Positions 51,296 through 59,647 of a DNA stretch of 64,000 nt are shown here, in pieces. The notes under the pieces were generated by a model that was not told the origin of the DNA, did no database searches, and saw nothing but the letters and a program-made list of their open reading frames with translations. Where the stretch lies: positions 96,001 to 160,000 of IMG/VR virus record IMGVR_UViG_3300025389_000010. One strand, 5' to 3'. This DNA comes from a virus. Lineage: Duplodnaviria; Caudoviricetes. The first letter of the stretch is position 1. Every line of letters begins with the position of its first letter. The position numbers and the translations under genes were made by a program.

Positions 51296-51889
51296 ATGAA
51301 AAATGTCTTCCTTATCGCAGATCTTCATTTTGGAGATTCTGATATGTGCAGTCTTCTTAAAGAAGACGGACATCCTATACGCCCTTTTAAAAGCGTAGAG
51401 GAGCATGATGCTACTTTGATTGAGAACTGGAACAAAGTTGTCAACGATGGTGATAAGGTTTATGTTCTTGGTGATGTTGCCCAAAAGAAAAAAGATTTGG
51501 AAAAGTTTACCGAATTACACGGTAAGAAAATCCTTATCAAAGGGAACCATGATATTTATGAGATGAAAGAGTATGCGAAGTATTTTAAAGATATTCGTGG
51601 CACTCATCGTCTTGAGAATGGTATTCTCATGAGCCATATTCCAGTTCATCCTAGTACATTTGGTAAAGCTCATAAAGTGAACGTGCATGGTCATATTCAC
51701 GATAAAAGAGTGATTGTTCCGGGCGATAGATATCCAGACATAAGATACTTCTGTGTCTCATGTGAACATATTAACTATACTCCTATGGAGCTTGGTGCTA
51801 TTGAAACAGAAGTCTTTGGCTTTGATAGTCGTGCAAAAGCTTTAGATGAATTGACAAAACAAGCTCAAGAGCTTAACATGGGATATTGA
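51296..51889 (+). CDS. calcineurin-like metallophosphoesterase
   Basis: DLHFG, LGD, GNHD, SH, HGHIH; TTGACA-N16-TATAGT upstream. Confidence 0.9.
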   Translation: MKNVFLIADLHFGDSDMCSLLKEDGHPIRPFKSVEEHDATLIENWNKVVNDGDKVYVLGDVAQKKKDLEKFTELHGKKILIKGNHDIYEMKEYAKYFKDIRGTHRLENGILMSHIPVHPSTFGKAHKVNVHGHIHDKRVIVPGDRYPDIRYFCVSCEHINYTPMELGAIETEVFGFDSRAKALDELTKQAQELNMGY

Positions 51890-52110
51890 TTATGAAAGTA
51901 AAAGAACTAATAGAAAAACTACAAAAATTCGATCCAGAGCTTTTTGTTATGGTTGATGGATATGAGGGTGGCGTTGATTTTCCATCAGAACCATATATAA
52001 CTCCTATTCGTATTAATGTTCATACCGCATGGTATTATGGTAAACATAAAGTACATCATGTTAGTGATTCAGAGAGTCCAGATTGTGAAGCAGTAATAAT
52101 ACCAAGATGA
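51886..52110 (+). CDS. hypothetical protein
   Basis: MKVKELIEKLQKFDPE...VMV.GYEGG, a common small phage protein start. Confidence 0.6.
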   Translation: MIMKVKELIEKLQKFDPELFVMVDGYEGGVDFPSEPYITPIRINVHTAWYYGKHKVHHVSDSESPDCEAVIIPR

Positions 52111-52202
52111 AGAAACTGTGGAACCATCCTATAACCGTTTGGATTACAATAATCCTATTAATAATAACATTGGTTTTTGAAATTTACATATTAAGTAATT
52201 AA
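52107..52202 (+). CDS. 31 aa single-TM peptide
   Basis: MKKLWNHPITVWITIILLIITLVFEIYILSN*; ATGA-coupled. Confidence 0.4.
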   Translation: MKKLWNHPITVWITIILLIITLVFEIYILSN

Positions 52203-52203
52203 A

Positions 52204-52383
52204 ATGAAAGATTATTTCTACCTAATACCACATATTGCATTATTATTTCTTGCTCTTGGTTTCATAGGATTCATGATTATGATTTCTCCAGAGTTTAGAA
52301 AAATGTTAAAAAGGAATAAAAAAATTGCAAAAAGAAAAAATAGAATTAAAGAAAATTCCAAAGCCAGAGACTACCAGATATAA
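52204..52383 (+). CDS. 59 aa single-TM peptide with basic tail
   Basis: MKDYFYLIPHIALLFLALGFIGFMIMISPEFRKMLKRNKK... Confidence 0.45.
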   Translation: MKDYFYLIPHIALLFLALGFIGFMIMISPEFRKMLKRNKKIAKRKNRIKENSKARDYQI

Positions 52384-52457
52384 ATCTTGGGAAGCTTTTG
52401 TAAAAAGCGTTCATAAAAGTATAGGTAGACAATTGGGTTCTGGTGTGATATCATTTA

Positions 52458-52622
52458 ATGATGAACATTCAAATAAACAAAGAAGAACTTTATAAACTTT
52501 ATATGGAAAAGGTAGATGAAATCTGCCAAAAATGTGATTGGGTTACTGATTTTGGGCCAAAAGAAATCATATATTTGATTTCAAAAATTATTGAAGATAA
52601 TTTTGATGTTATCATAAAATGA
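52458..52622 (+). CDS. 54 aa hypothetical protein
   Basis: MMNIQINKEELYKLYMEKVDEICQKCDWVTDFGP...; coupled to the next gene. Confidence 0.55.
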   Translation: MMNIQINKEELYKLYMEKVDEICQKCDWVTDFGPKEIIYLISKIIEDNFDVIIK

Positions 52623-53020
52623 GATTTACACCAGAAAATATAGAATTCCTTGATCCAGATGAGGTTTTTGTTTTTGGATCAAATTTAGCCGGTATACACG
52701 GAGCAGGTGCAGCCAAATTAGCACATGTCAGATTCGGTGCAAAAATGGGAACAGGTATTGGAATGATGGGTCAATCTTATGCAATACCCACAAAAGATAA
52801 AGATATAAAAAGTTTACCTTTGGATAGAATTAAACAGTGGGTTAAAGGTTTTTTGATGTATGCTGACATGCACCAAAATAAAACATTTTTGGTTACAAAA
52901 ATTGGTTGTGGATTAGCGGGTTATGAAGTAAAAGATATTGCTCCTTTCTTTAAGGATTCACCACCAAATGTTGTTCTGCCGAAAGATTTTTATGATTATA
53001 TAACTTTAAGTTCTGGATAA
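52619..53020 (+). CDS. A1S_2505-family phage protein
   Basis: EVFVFGSNLAGIHGAGAAKLA, GQSYAIPT, FLVTKIGCGLAG. Confidence 0.8.
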   Translation: MRFTPENIEFLDPDEVFVFGSNLAGIHGAGAAKLAHVRFGAKMGTGIGMMGQSYAIPTKDKDIKSLPLDRIKQWVKGFLMYADMHQNKTFLVTKIGCGLAGYEVKDIAPFFKDSPPNVVLPKDFYDYITLSSG

Positions 53021-53535
53021 ATTTTCAAAACTTCAGGAAATATTTGATTTATGAATTTTCTAGCTAAATGCCTATCATAAGATTTAGTAAAGTTTATAAA
53101 TTTTTTATAATCATTTGGCGTTTCATCATACATACTGTGTAATGCATCAGCTATTGCTTCTATATCTTCATGGGCAAAAAGTAAACTAAAACGCTGTAAT
53201 ATTTCTAAATCTGTAGGATCAACTTCTTGTTTTTTAACTGGTGCTAAACCACGTTCTCTTGGTTTAAGATATTCTAATATTTTAGGATGAATTTCATCTA
53301 AAAATGACTTAACTTCAAAATCATTACTTGCAAGATATTTTCTTAAAAGTTCATACTGTAAAGGATCTTGTAAAATTCTATTATAAAGAATAGCTGCATC
53401 TTTTATATCATTTCTATTAATAAGATTTCTTAATGACACAATTTTTTTTCTTATTTCGATAATATCGCTTCTCTTAAGAAGCTCTCTTGCATCTTGAGCT
53501 TCAAATATCCTAATCCAATAATCTTTAAATGTCAT
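52996..53535 (-). CDS. hypothetical late protein
   Basis: Start MTFKDYW follows TATAAATA. Confidence 0.6.
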   Translation of the reverse strand: MTFKDYWIRIFEAQDARELLKRSDIIEIRKKIVSLRNLINRNDIKDAAILYNRILQDPLQYELLRKYLASNDFEVKSFLDEIHPKILEYLKPRERGLAPVKKQEVDPTDLEILQRFSLLFAHEDIEAIADALHSMYDETPNDYKKFINFTKSYDRHLARKFINQIFPEVLKIYPELKVI

Positions 53536-53592
53536 AGAAATATTTATATTGAATATTGACAATATTGTATTTTTTGTTAATATATTCACGTT

Positions 53593-53895
53593 ATGACTAA
53601 AACAATTCAAACACAACCCCAATATTTTTTAACTTTTACCGATGAGGAAGTTGCTTCTCTTGGTCTCCAATCGGGAGATGAATTTGAATGCCAACCTCTT
53701 GAAACCGGTGGTTTTCTTCTTAAGAAAAAGAATAAGCTAGATATTGATCTTTCTGAATATCCAAGAGAAATTCTTGAATATCTTATTCAGGAATCAATCA
53801 ATAAAAATGTTACAATTGCAACAATTATTACTGATGCTTTGGAAAATTATTTGAATATTTTTGACGGTAATAGATGTGATCCAGAAGATGATTAA
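53593..53895 (+). CDS. AbrB/MazE-like protein
   Basis: YFLTFTDEEVASLGLQSGDEFEC swapped-hairpin pattern; TTGACA-N16-TAATAT upstream. Confidence 0.55.
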   Translation: MTKTIQTQPQYFLTFTDEEVASLGLQSGDEFECQPLETGGFLLKKKNKLDIDLSEYPREILEYLIQESINKNVTIATIITDALENYLNIFDGNRCDPEDD

Positions 53896-54400
53896 TTCTG
53901 TAATTTGGATAACAGGACTCTCTGGCTCTGGCAAGACAACACTTGCCAGAGCTTTGTCTTCTTGTATAGAAGACTCTATTGTTTTAGACGGTGATGAAAT
54001 AAGAAATAGTCTTGAAAGAAAATATGGTTTTTCTTTAAATGAAAGAATTGCTTTTGTTAATAATGTAATTTATCTGGCTAGAACTGCGATTGAATTTAAA
54101 AAGGCAAAGGTTGTTATTGTTGCTTTAATTTCTCCTTTAAAGGAGATGAGAGATACTGCAAGAGATATTATAACAAAATATTCTAATGCTAAATTTATAG
54201 AGGTTTTTATGGATACACCTCTTGAAACTTGTGAAAAGATAGATCCCAAAGGTTTATATAAAAAAGCAAGAGCCGGTTTAATAAATGATTTTACGGGAAT
54301 TACTTCACCATATGAAAGACCTGAAAATCCTGAATTTACAATTCATAATCAAAACACTGAACCATCAATTGTTGAAATTCTTAAAGTTATCAACAAATAG
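53888..54400 (+). CDS. cysC: adenylylsulfate kinase
   Basis: WITGLSGSGKTT, LDGD, ISP, DPKGLYKKARAG, FTGITSPYE.P. Confidence 0.93.
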   Translation: MINSVIWITGLSGSGKTTLARALSSCIEDSIVLDGDEIRNSLERKYGFSLNERIAFVNNVIYLARTAIEFKKAKVVIVALISPLKEMRDTARDIITKYSNAKFIEVFMDTPLETCEKIDPKGLYKKARAGLINDFTGITSPYERPENPEFTIHNQNTEPSIVEILKVINK

Positions 54401-55027
54401 TTTGCTAATCTTTTCTAATTTTCTTTCTTCTGTTGCACTGGTAAATTCAAGCAAACAATCATATCCAGTTGATAGATAGGCTTGGATTTCATCATTATAT
54501 ACTTTACTTTTATAACCCAAATCCTTTAAAGCCTTTTCCAATTTAGTCTTTGTTTTGCTATTTATATTTTCTGAAATAAGATTGTCTGTAATCTTTTTAT
54601 AATTTTTATCCAGATAATAAAAAGCATGACATATTTCATGGTTTAGTGTTACTTTATCGCTTCCTTCTGATGCTATGAGATAAAAGCGATTATCTCCTAT
54701 TTCTTTCAGTATATTATCGTATATATCAGCAATTGTTAAATCATATTTGTTGATATCATCAAATTCAATAGTTTCAAACTTTCTAAAAACATTGTCTGGA
54801 ATATTAAACCCACACCAATCGAGAGGATAACTAAAAAAACATTCTTTTCTTTCTTTAACATACAAGCTCATAAAGTCTAAAAGATTAAACTTTTTGCCTT
54901 TTATTTCCTTATATGGTGATTCATAAAACTCTTGTAACCTACAAAAGGTCATACCGAGTTCATATGTATCTTCTATTATACAGTGAAATATATTATCTTT
55001 TACCTTTTCAAGTTTATATTCAATCAT
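54365..55027 (-). CDS. hypothetical protein with HEXXH motif
   Basis: LQEFYES, TLNHEICHAFY, DEIQAY (possible third zinc ligand). Confidence 0.6.
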   Translation of the reverse strand: MIEYKLEKVKDNIFHCIIEDTYELGMTFCRLQEFYESPYKEIKGKKFNLLDFMSLYVKERKECFFSYPLDWCGFNIPDNVFRKFETIEFDDINKYDLTIADIYDNILKEIGDNRFYLIASEGSDKVTLNHEICHAFYYLDKNYKKITDNLISENINSKTKTKLEKALKDLGYKSKVYNDEIQAYLSTGYDCLLEFTSATEERKLEKISKLFVDNFKNFNN

Positions 55028-55581
55028 TTCTTTTTCTTTTTATGTCTTCCGTCTGCCACCCTGTTCACATCTTTAATAGGACACGCACAATGTTTCTTTA
55101 ATGCGCATTCTTCGCACCCATAATCAAGATAGATATCGGGTCTATGACATGCGAAATATGTATATTTTTTACACATGTCTTTGTCTTTTGAAAGATCAAA
55201 AATAGTTGGCTCTCTATTCGGATTAAACTTCGGCAATGTTTTTCTTATCTCATCTTTACGTGCTTCCATTTCTTCCACGGATAAAAACTCAACAACTTTT
55301 GGTTTATCTTCAACCGCAGGTTTCGGTTTGCATTCCTTACAGACAGATTCCGTCAATACACGCTTAATATCGCCATCAAACTTTTTCATTGCATGAGACA
55401 TACCGATTCCTTTTAAACCAATAAAGTCTATTTTACAAACAGAACACACGATTCTATTATGTGGTAATTTTTTGGTATTCTTCCAAACAGAAAGCCAAGC
55501 ATCAAGGTTTTCCAATTGATTTATGGGAATACTCGCTGTTTTTTTAACAGTTGATGTTTTATTTTTTGTTTTCTTCTTCAT
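55024..55581 (-). CDS. Cys-rich hypothetical protein
   Basis: Likely start MKKKTK; CSVC, CKEC and C-H..C.EC..C clusters. Confidence 0.55.
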   Translation of the reverse strand: MKKKTKNKTSTVKKTASIPINQLENLDAWLSVWKNTKKLPHNRIVCSVCKIDFIGLKGIGMSHAMKKFDGDIKRVLTESVCKECKPKPAVEDKPKVVEFLSVEEMEARKDEIRKTLPKFNPNREPTIFDLSKDKDMCKKYTYFACHRPDIYLDYGCEECALKKHCACPIKDVNRVADGRHKKKKK

Positions 55582-55760
55582 AAGATACCACGCAAAAGTA
55601 AAAGGGAAACTATAATAATGACTACACCGGGAAAATATTCCATAACCATACAGATAAGAAAAACAATCAAAAGAAATACACAAACAAAAATAAAATCTTT
55701 TAATACATTTTTCATAGTGTGATATTAAGTATTTATAACAGCATTGTCAACAATAAATAT

Positions 55761-56132
55761 ATGATGGACAAATTTAATCTATTTTTAGAAGCAATTGAAA
55801 AGAGCTTGGATAAAAAGTTTCACGAATTTCTTTCAAAAAGAAAAGCGGGTGCAACCAAGATTGAAAAACAAACAAGAGCCAAAGGTGGTTATTCTTTATT
55901 AACTGCCATACATTATGCTGCAAAACAAAAACCATATGCTGATGCTTTAAAGTGGGAAAATAAAAAAGGAAAGGAAAAGCATTTTAAAGAAAAGGCAAAG
56001 GAGATTTATAACAAGCTTAAAGATTTAGATTCCTTAACACAGAGAGAGTTTCAGTCATTAATGGGTCAATTGGAAGTTTATGGTGAAGTTTACATCAGAT
56101 GTAAAAAACCATCAAGCATTAAGTTGGATTAA
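55761..56132 (+). CDS. hypothetical late protein
   Basis: Start MMDKFNLFLEA follows TAAATA. Confidence 0.6.
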   Translation: MMDKFNLFLEAIEKSLDKKFHEFLSKRKAGATKIEKQTRAKGGYSLLTAIHYAAKQKPYADALKWENKKGKEKHFKEKAKEIYNKLKDLDSLTQREFQSLMGQLEVYGEVYIRCKKPSSIKLD

Positions 56133-56507
56133 TTCAATACCAAATTTTTTAGCCAACTCCAAGGTTGATGGGTCAAATTTATAAACCTCTTTATAAATGA
56201 TTTTTTTGATGCCATAAGCGGCAAGTGACTTGAGACAGTCATTGCATGGTAAAAGTGTTGTAGCTGCCAAATAACACTCATCAGGCTTAACGTAACGAAG
56301 CGCATTGATCTCTGAATGAACAACATATTTTCTACGCTCGTCACGATTTGACCAATCCTCTTCCATACCAGCAGGAAAGCCGTTATACCCCAAAGAAGCA
56401 ACGGTATTGTCATGCCTGAGTAAACAGCAACCAACTGTCTGATATGGATCTTTGGATTTAAGTGCAGCTACTTCTGCAAGTTTAAGAGCATATTGTTCCC
56501 ATGTCAT
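56112..56507 (-). CDS. dCMP deaminase
   Basis: SKDP...VGC, GYNG, HSE.NAL, PCNDC. Confidence 0.9.
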   Translation of the reverse strand: MTWEQYALKLAEVAALKSKDPYQTVGCCLLRHDNTVASLGYNGFPAGMEEDWSNRDERRKYVVHSEINALRYVKPDECYLAATTLLPCNDCLKSLAAYGIKKIIYKEVYKFDPSTLELAKKFGIELIQLNA

Positions 56508-56522
56508 TTATACATTATAGCA

Positions 56523-56855
56523 TCACATATCAGGATTATCTATCTCTTTTTGAATTCTTTTTACAAAATTTGCAAGTTTTGGGTTTTTAATTCTCTCGGA
56601 TCTTCTACCATCTCCACCATCTCTTATATAAGAGTATAATGCAATTTGGTCTTCATTTCCATCAATTAATCCGTAATCTGAATAATCGAAAACATATTGA
56701 ACACGGTTATCCAATTCTTTACTAAAACAAACCAAATATTCTTTATCACCAAGATAAACAATTTGAGTTTCATCATCATGGTAACTTTCTTTTAATATAT
56801 TTTTTAAAATACATTTTTCGTATGCTTCAATTAATAATTTTTGATCTTTGTCCAT
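56523..56855 (-). CDS. hypothetical late protein
   Basis: TAAATA upstream; N-terminal DQKLLIEAY. Confidence 0.6.
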   Translation of the reverse strand: MDKDQKLLIEAYEKCILKNILKESYHDDETQIVYLGDKEYLVCFSKELDNRVQYVFDYSDYGLIDGNEDQIALYSYIRDGGDGRRSERIKNPKLANFVKRIQKEIDNPDM

Positions 56856-56881
56856 TATTAATATTTATATTAAAATAAGAA

Positions 56882-57472
56882 TTATTTTAAAAATATATCC
56901 CATTCTTTTATGTCGTGTGTATTTCTAATAAAGAAAGAAGTTGGAACTTCTCTTGGTGCATTTGGATTTTTCAAAAGCTTAAGACCTGCTTCATCTGGTG
57001 TTTTGTCACCTTTCATAGCATTGATCTTATTGTGGGTCAATACGCAATTTGTCCAAGAAGTATGACCACCTTTGCTTTTAGGTACAATATGATCTATATT
57101 ACCTTCATTTGGTGAAAGTTTCTTTCCGGTATACTGGCAAACACCACCATCTCTTATCCAAATATTTCTTTTGGTAAACTTCGGTCTTTTCTTTGGAACT
57201 TTATTATAATTTGAAAGAATAATGACCTTAGGGATCGCAATCTCTCCTCTTATGGTATTAATATAACAATAGCTTTCATTTTTAGACATTGTTATCCACT
57301 GGTCCCATTTCATAGGAGTCATATTACCATCATCTTCGATAAACAAGCCAGTTGCCGTCCCTGCATACATCATAGATAGTGCATCCGCTGGACAATTGAC
57401 GTTTATCGCTTGCCAGTTTTTATTTAAAACCAAGACTGTGGTTTGTTTAAGCTTGTTTTCACCAATGCTCAT
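56882..57472 (-). CDS. HNH endonuclease
   Basis: VLVLN, RDGGVCQYTG, IDHIVPKSKGG..SW.NCV..H..IN..K. Confidence 0.9.
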   Translation of the reverse strand: MSIGENKLKQTTVLVLNKNWQAINVNCPADALSMMYAGTATGLFIEDDGNMTPMKWDQWITMSKNESYCYINTIRGEIAIPKVIILSNYNKVPKKRPKFTKRNIWIRDGGVCQYTGKKLSPNEGNIDHIVPKSKGGHTSWTNCVLTHNKINAMKGDKTPDEAGLKLLKNPNAPREVPTSFFIRNTHDIKEWDIFLK

Positions 57473-57496
57473 ATGTCTTTAATATTTATTGTAAAA

Positions 57497-57570
57497 TGGT
57501 AGGAGATAACGGTAACGCTCCGCTGAATCCTGAATGTAAATCAGGTGTTTTACTTTTAAACTAATCTCCC
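57497..57570 (-). tRNA. trnV: tRNA-Val(UAC)
   Basis: Cloverleaf with anticodon arm CCTGA-TTTACAT-TCAGG; encoded CCA; atypical T-loop AGCGTTA. Confidence 0.85.
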
Positions 57571-57667
57571 AAACTTTATATATTTATATATTATTATAAA
57601 TAAAATAAAAAGTCAATTTGAAAACAAGACTATTTGAATGTGTACATAAACTATTGTAAATATTTAT

Positions 57668-58189
57668 ATGAATTGTATAAATTGCAATAACAAAATAACT
57701 AGTAAAGATGCCAAAAAATTTTGCAATAAATCTTGTGCTGCAAAATATAATAACTCGAAATTTCCTAAAAGAAAAAATACAGGTGAAAATGTAATATGTT
57801 TACAATGTAAAAAAGAATTTATTTATCATAAATCATCATCATATGGTAAATTTTGTAGTAATAAATGTTGTGGTAGATATAGATTTGAGAATAATACTAT
57901 TAAAAAAATAGAAAGAGGTGAAAGTTGTCATTCTGGTACATTAAGAAAATTTTTAACTGAAACTAAAGGGTATAAATGTGAAATATGTAATTTAAGTAAA
58001 TGGAACGATAAAGAAATATCTTTACATGTAGATCATATAGATGGGAATTCTGATAATAATTTTCCCGTTAATATAAGATTATTGTGTCCAAATTGCCATT
58101 CTCAAACTGAAACTTTTTGTGGTAGAAATATTAAAAATACTAAAAGATCATCTTATAAGAAAAGATATAGAATTAAAAATATTAAATAA
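57668..58189 (+). mobile_element. HNH homing endonuclease with N-terminal zinc fingers
   Basis: FCNKSC and FCSNKC repeats; CEIC, LHVDHIDG...NN...NIRLLCPNCH; antisense to the tRNA region. Confidence 0.85.
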
Positions 58190-58190
58190 A

Positions 58191-58216
58191 AAAGCCACTC
58201 CGAAGAGTGGCTTTTT
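58191..58216. terminator. bidirectional intrinsic terminator with UUCG loop
   Basis: A-tract-GCCACTC-CGAA-GAGTGGC-T5 between convergent genes. Confidence 0.9.
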
Positions 58217-58234
58217 GTCTTTATTTTTAAAAAA

Positions 58235-58615
58235 TCACTTTCGGTACATGATTGCATTTGCAACGTGTACGATATAATCATTTGCAATGGCAATCTTTTC
58301 TTCCATCCAAGGTTCGATATTTGCACCATTTTTTACACACTCATGAATTTCATGAGCGTGTGAACGTATTGTATGAAGATGAGCTTCTACCATTCTTTGT
58401 TTTTCTTCTTCGTTATCATGCATATCATCTTCTGATACTTCATGTTCAGAATGTTCATCATCGCTAAAATCATCGTCACCAGCTTCTCTTACTTCAAGAC
58501 CTACTTCTGGATTTGGTCTATCGCCAAAGTCATCTTCGTCTTCAGGTGAAACTTCCTTATCAAGAACAACGTCTTCATAAGCTTCCATTAACATCTTTAA
58601 ATCTTTGTCTTTCAT
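58235..58615 (-). CDS. acidic late protein with a conserved T4-like helical domain
   Basis: DLKMLMEAY leader; L..I..HA.EI.......EPWMEEKI.IA.DYI. Confidence 0.65.
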   Translation of the reverse strand: MKDKDLKMLMEAYEDVVLDKEVSPEDEDDFGDRPNPEVGLEVREAGDDDFSDDEHSEHEVSEDDMHDNEEEKQRMVEAHLHTIRSHAHEIHECVKNGANIEPWMEEKIAIANDYIVHVANAIMYRK

Positions 58616-58648
58616 GTGTAAATATACTTACAATTTAAAGATTCAAAT

Positions 58649-58722
58649 TGGTGGAGAATAAGGGAATTCAACCCTTGACCCCGCAGTGCAAATGCGGTAT
58701 TTTAGCACTAAACTAATTCCCC
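58649..58722 (-). tRNA. trnA: tRNA-Ala(UGC)
   Basis: CCGCA-TTTGCAC-TGCGG; G3:U70 alanine identity pair; encoded CCA. Confidence 0.9.
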
Positions 58723-59339
58723 TTTTTCTGCATTACATCATCAAAAATTTCATCGTATTTGCTTTGCTTATTTATTTTCTTTATGGCCTTTTCAAGTTCT
58801 TTCTGTATGAAATAAAGCTCTGGATCATCAAAATGTTCGTCAGCCTGAAACTTTATACCGATACCACCAGCTTTTTCCCAAGCTTCTATGTTAGACTTTT
58901 TATCATCTATTAGAACGTTTATTGTTCCATCTTTCTCAACTGCCGGTGCATCTTTCCATTTATCTTGTGAAAAACATATTCTTTCCGGTTGCGGGGAAAG
59001 ATTATTATGAATCCATAACATTTTACCTAACATTGATTGTCTCTTAAAGAACACATTTCTTTTTGTATCTTCTGGTTCAGTTTCATCGACAAGAGGAGCA
59101 GAACAAATATAAAAACAGTCAGCAACATCCAAAACTCTTTTTAAAAGAACGGTGTTCGATTTGAACACAGGAAGCTTTGCAAAATAATCATCAATGTTCG
59201 GAAGAGACTCCATCAAATTGAATATATCATCATGTGTGAGTTCTTTGTAATGTTTTTTACCACAAAGCTTTGCTGTTTCCCCAAAGAAATCAGCTAATAC
59301 GCCATCCATATCTAAAAATATTTTACTTTTTGTTTTCAT
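58713..59339 (-). CDS. HAD-family 5'(3')-deoxyribonucleotidase
   Basis: IFLDMDGVLADF, CSAP, K..W, VLIDD...N...W..AGG.GI. Confidence 0.85.
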   Translation of the reverse strand: MKTKSKIFLDMDGVLADFFGETAKLCGKKHYKELTHDDIFNLMESLPNIDDYFAKLPVFKSNTVLLKRVLDVADCFYICSAPLVDETEPEDTKRNVFFKRQSMLGKMLWIHNNLSPQPERICFSQDKWKDAPAVEKDGTINVLIDDKKSNIEAWEKAGGIGIKFQADEHFDDPELYFIQKELEKAIKKINKQSKYDEIFDDVMQKKGN

Positions 59340-59547
59340 CACACAATATTACCGTAAATTTATATAAAAACAAGCCGTGACATTTTCTATTTATTAATTC
59401 TTTTTTAGAACTTACAACTAATTTTTTTTCAATTCTTGCTATATCTTTTGTTTTTTCTTTTAAAATTTCGTCAGCCTGTTCTGGTGAATTGTAATAACCA
59501 GACCATTTTATGATATTCCTGTCTATTTTAGGGGCTTCCATATACAA
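59323..59547 (-). CDS. hypothetical protein
   Basis: 74 aa ORF behind TAAGTA. Confidence 0.5.
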   Translation of the reverse strand: MYMEAPKIDRNIIKWSGYYNSPEQADEILKEKTKDIARIEKKLVVSSKKELINRKCHGLFLYKFTVILCDENKK

Positions 59548-59570
59548 TACTTATATATTAAAAAACCCAA

Positions 59571-59641
59571 CTACCCCGCATGGACTCGAACCATGAATAA
59601 CAGTGCCAAAAACTGTGGTGTTACCATTACACTACAGGGTA
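59571..59641 (-). tRNA. trnQ: tRNA-Gln(UUG), CCA not encoded
   Basis: U1-A72 acceptor TACCCTG/CGGGGTA; ACAGT-TTTTGGC-ACTGT; TTCGAGT T-loop. Confidence 0.9.
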
Positions 59642-59647
59642 ATATGA

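Noticed and set aside
59571-59641. Theta ribozyme after the CCA-less tRNA-Gln
   Set aside because: The 3' trailer is a short U/A-rich spacer with no room for an HDV-like fold; host CCA addition would suffice.
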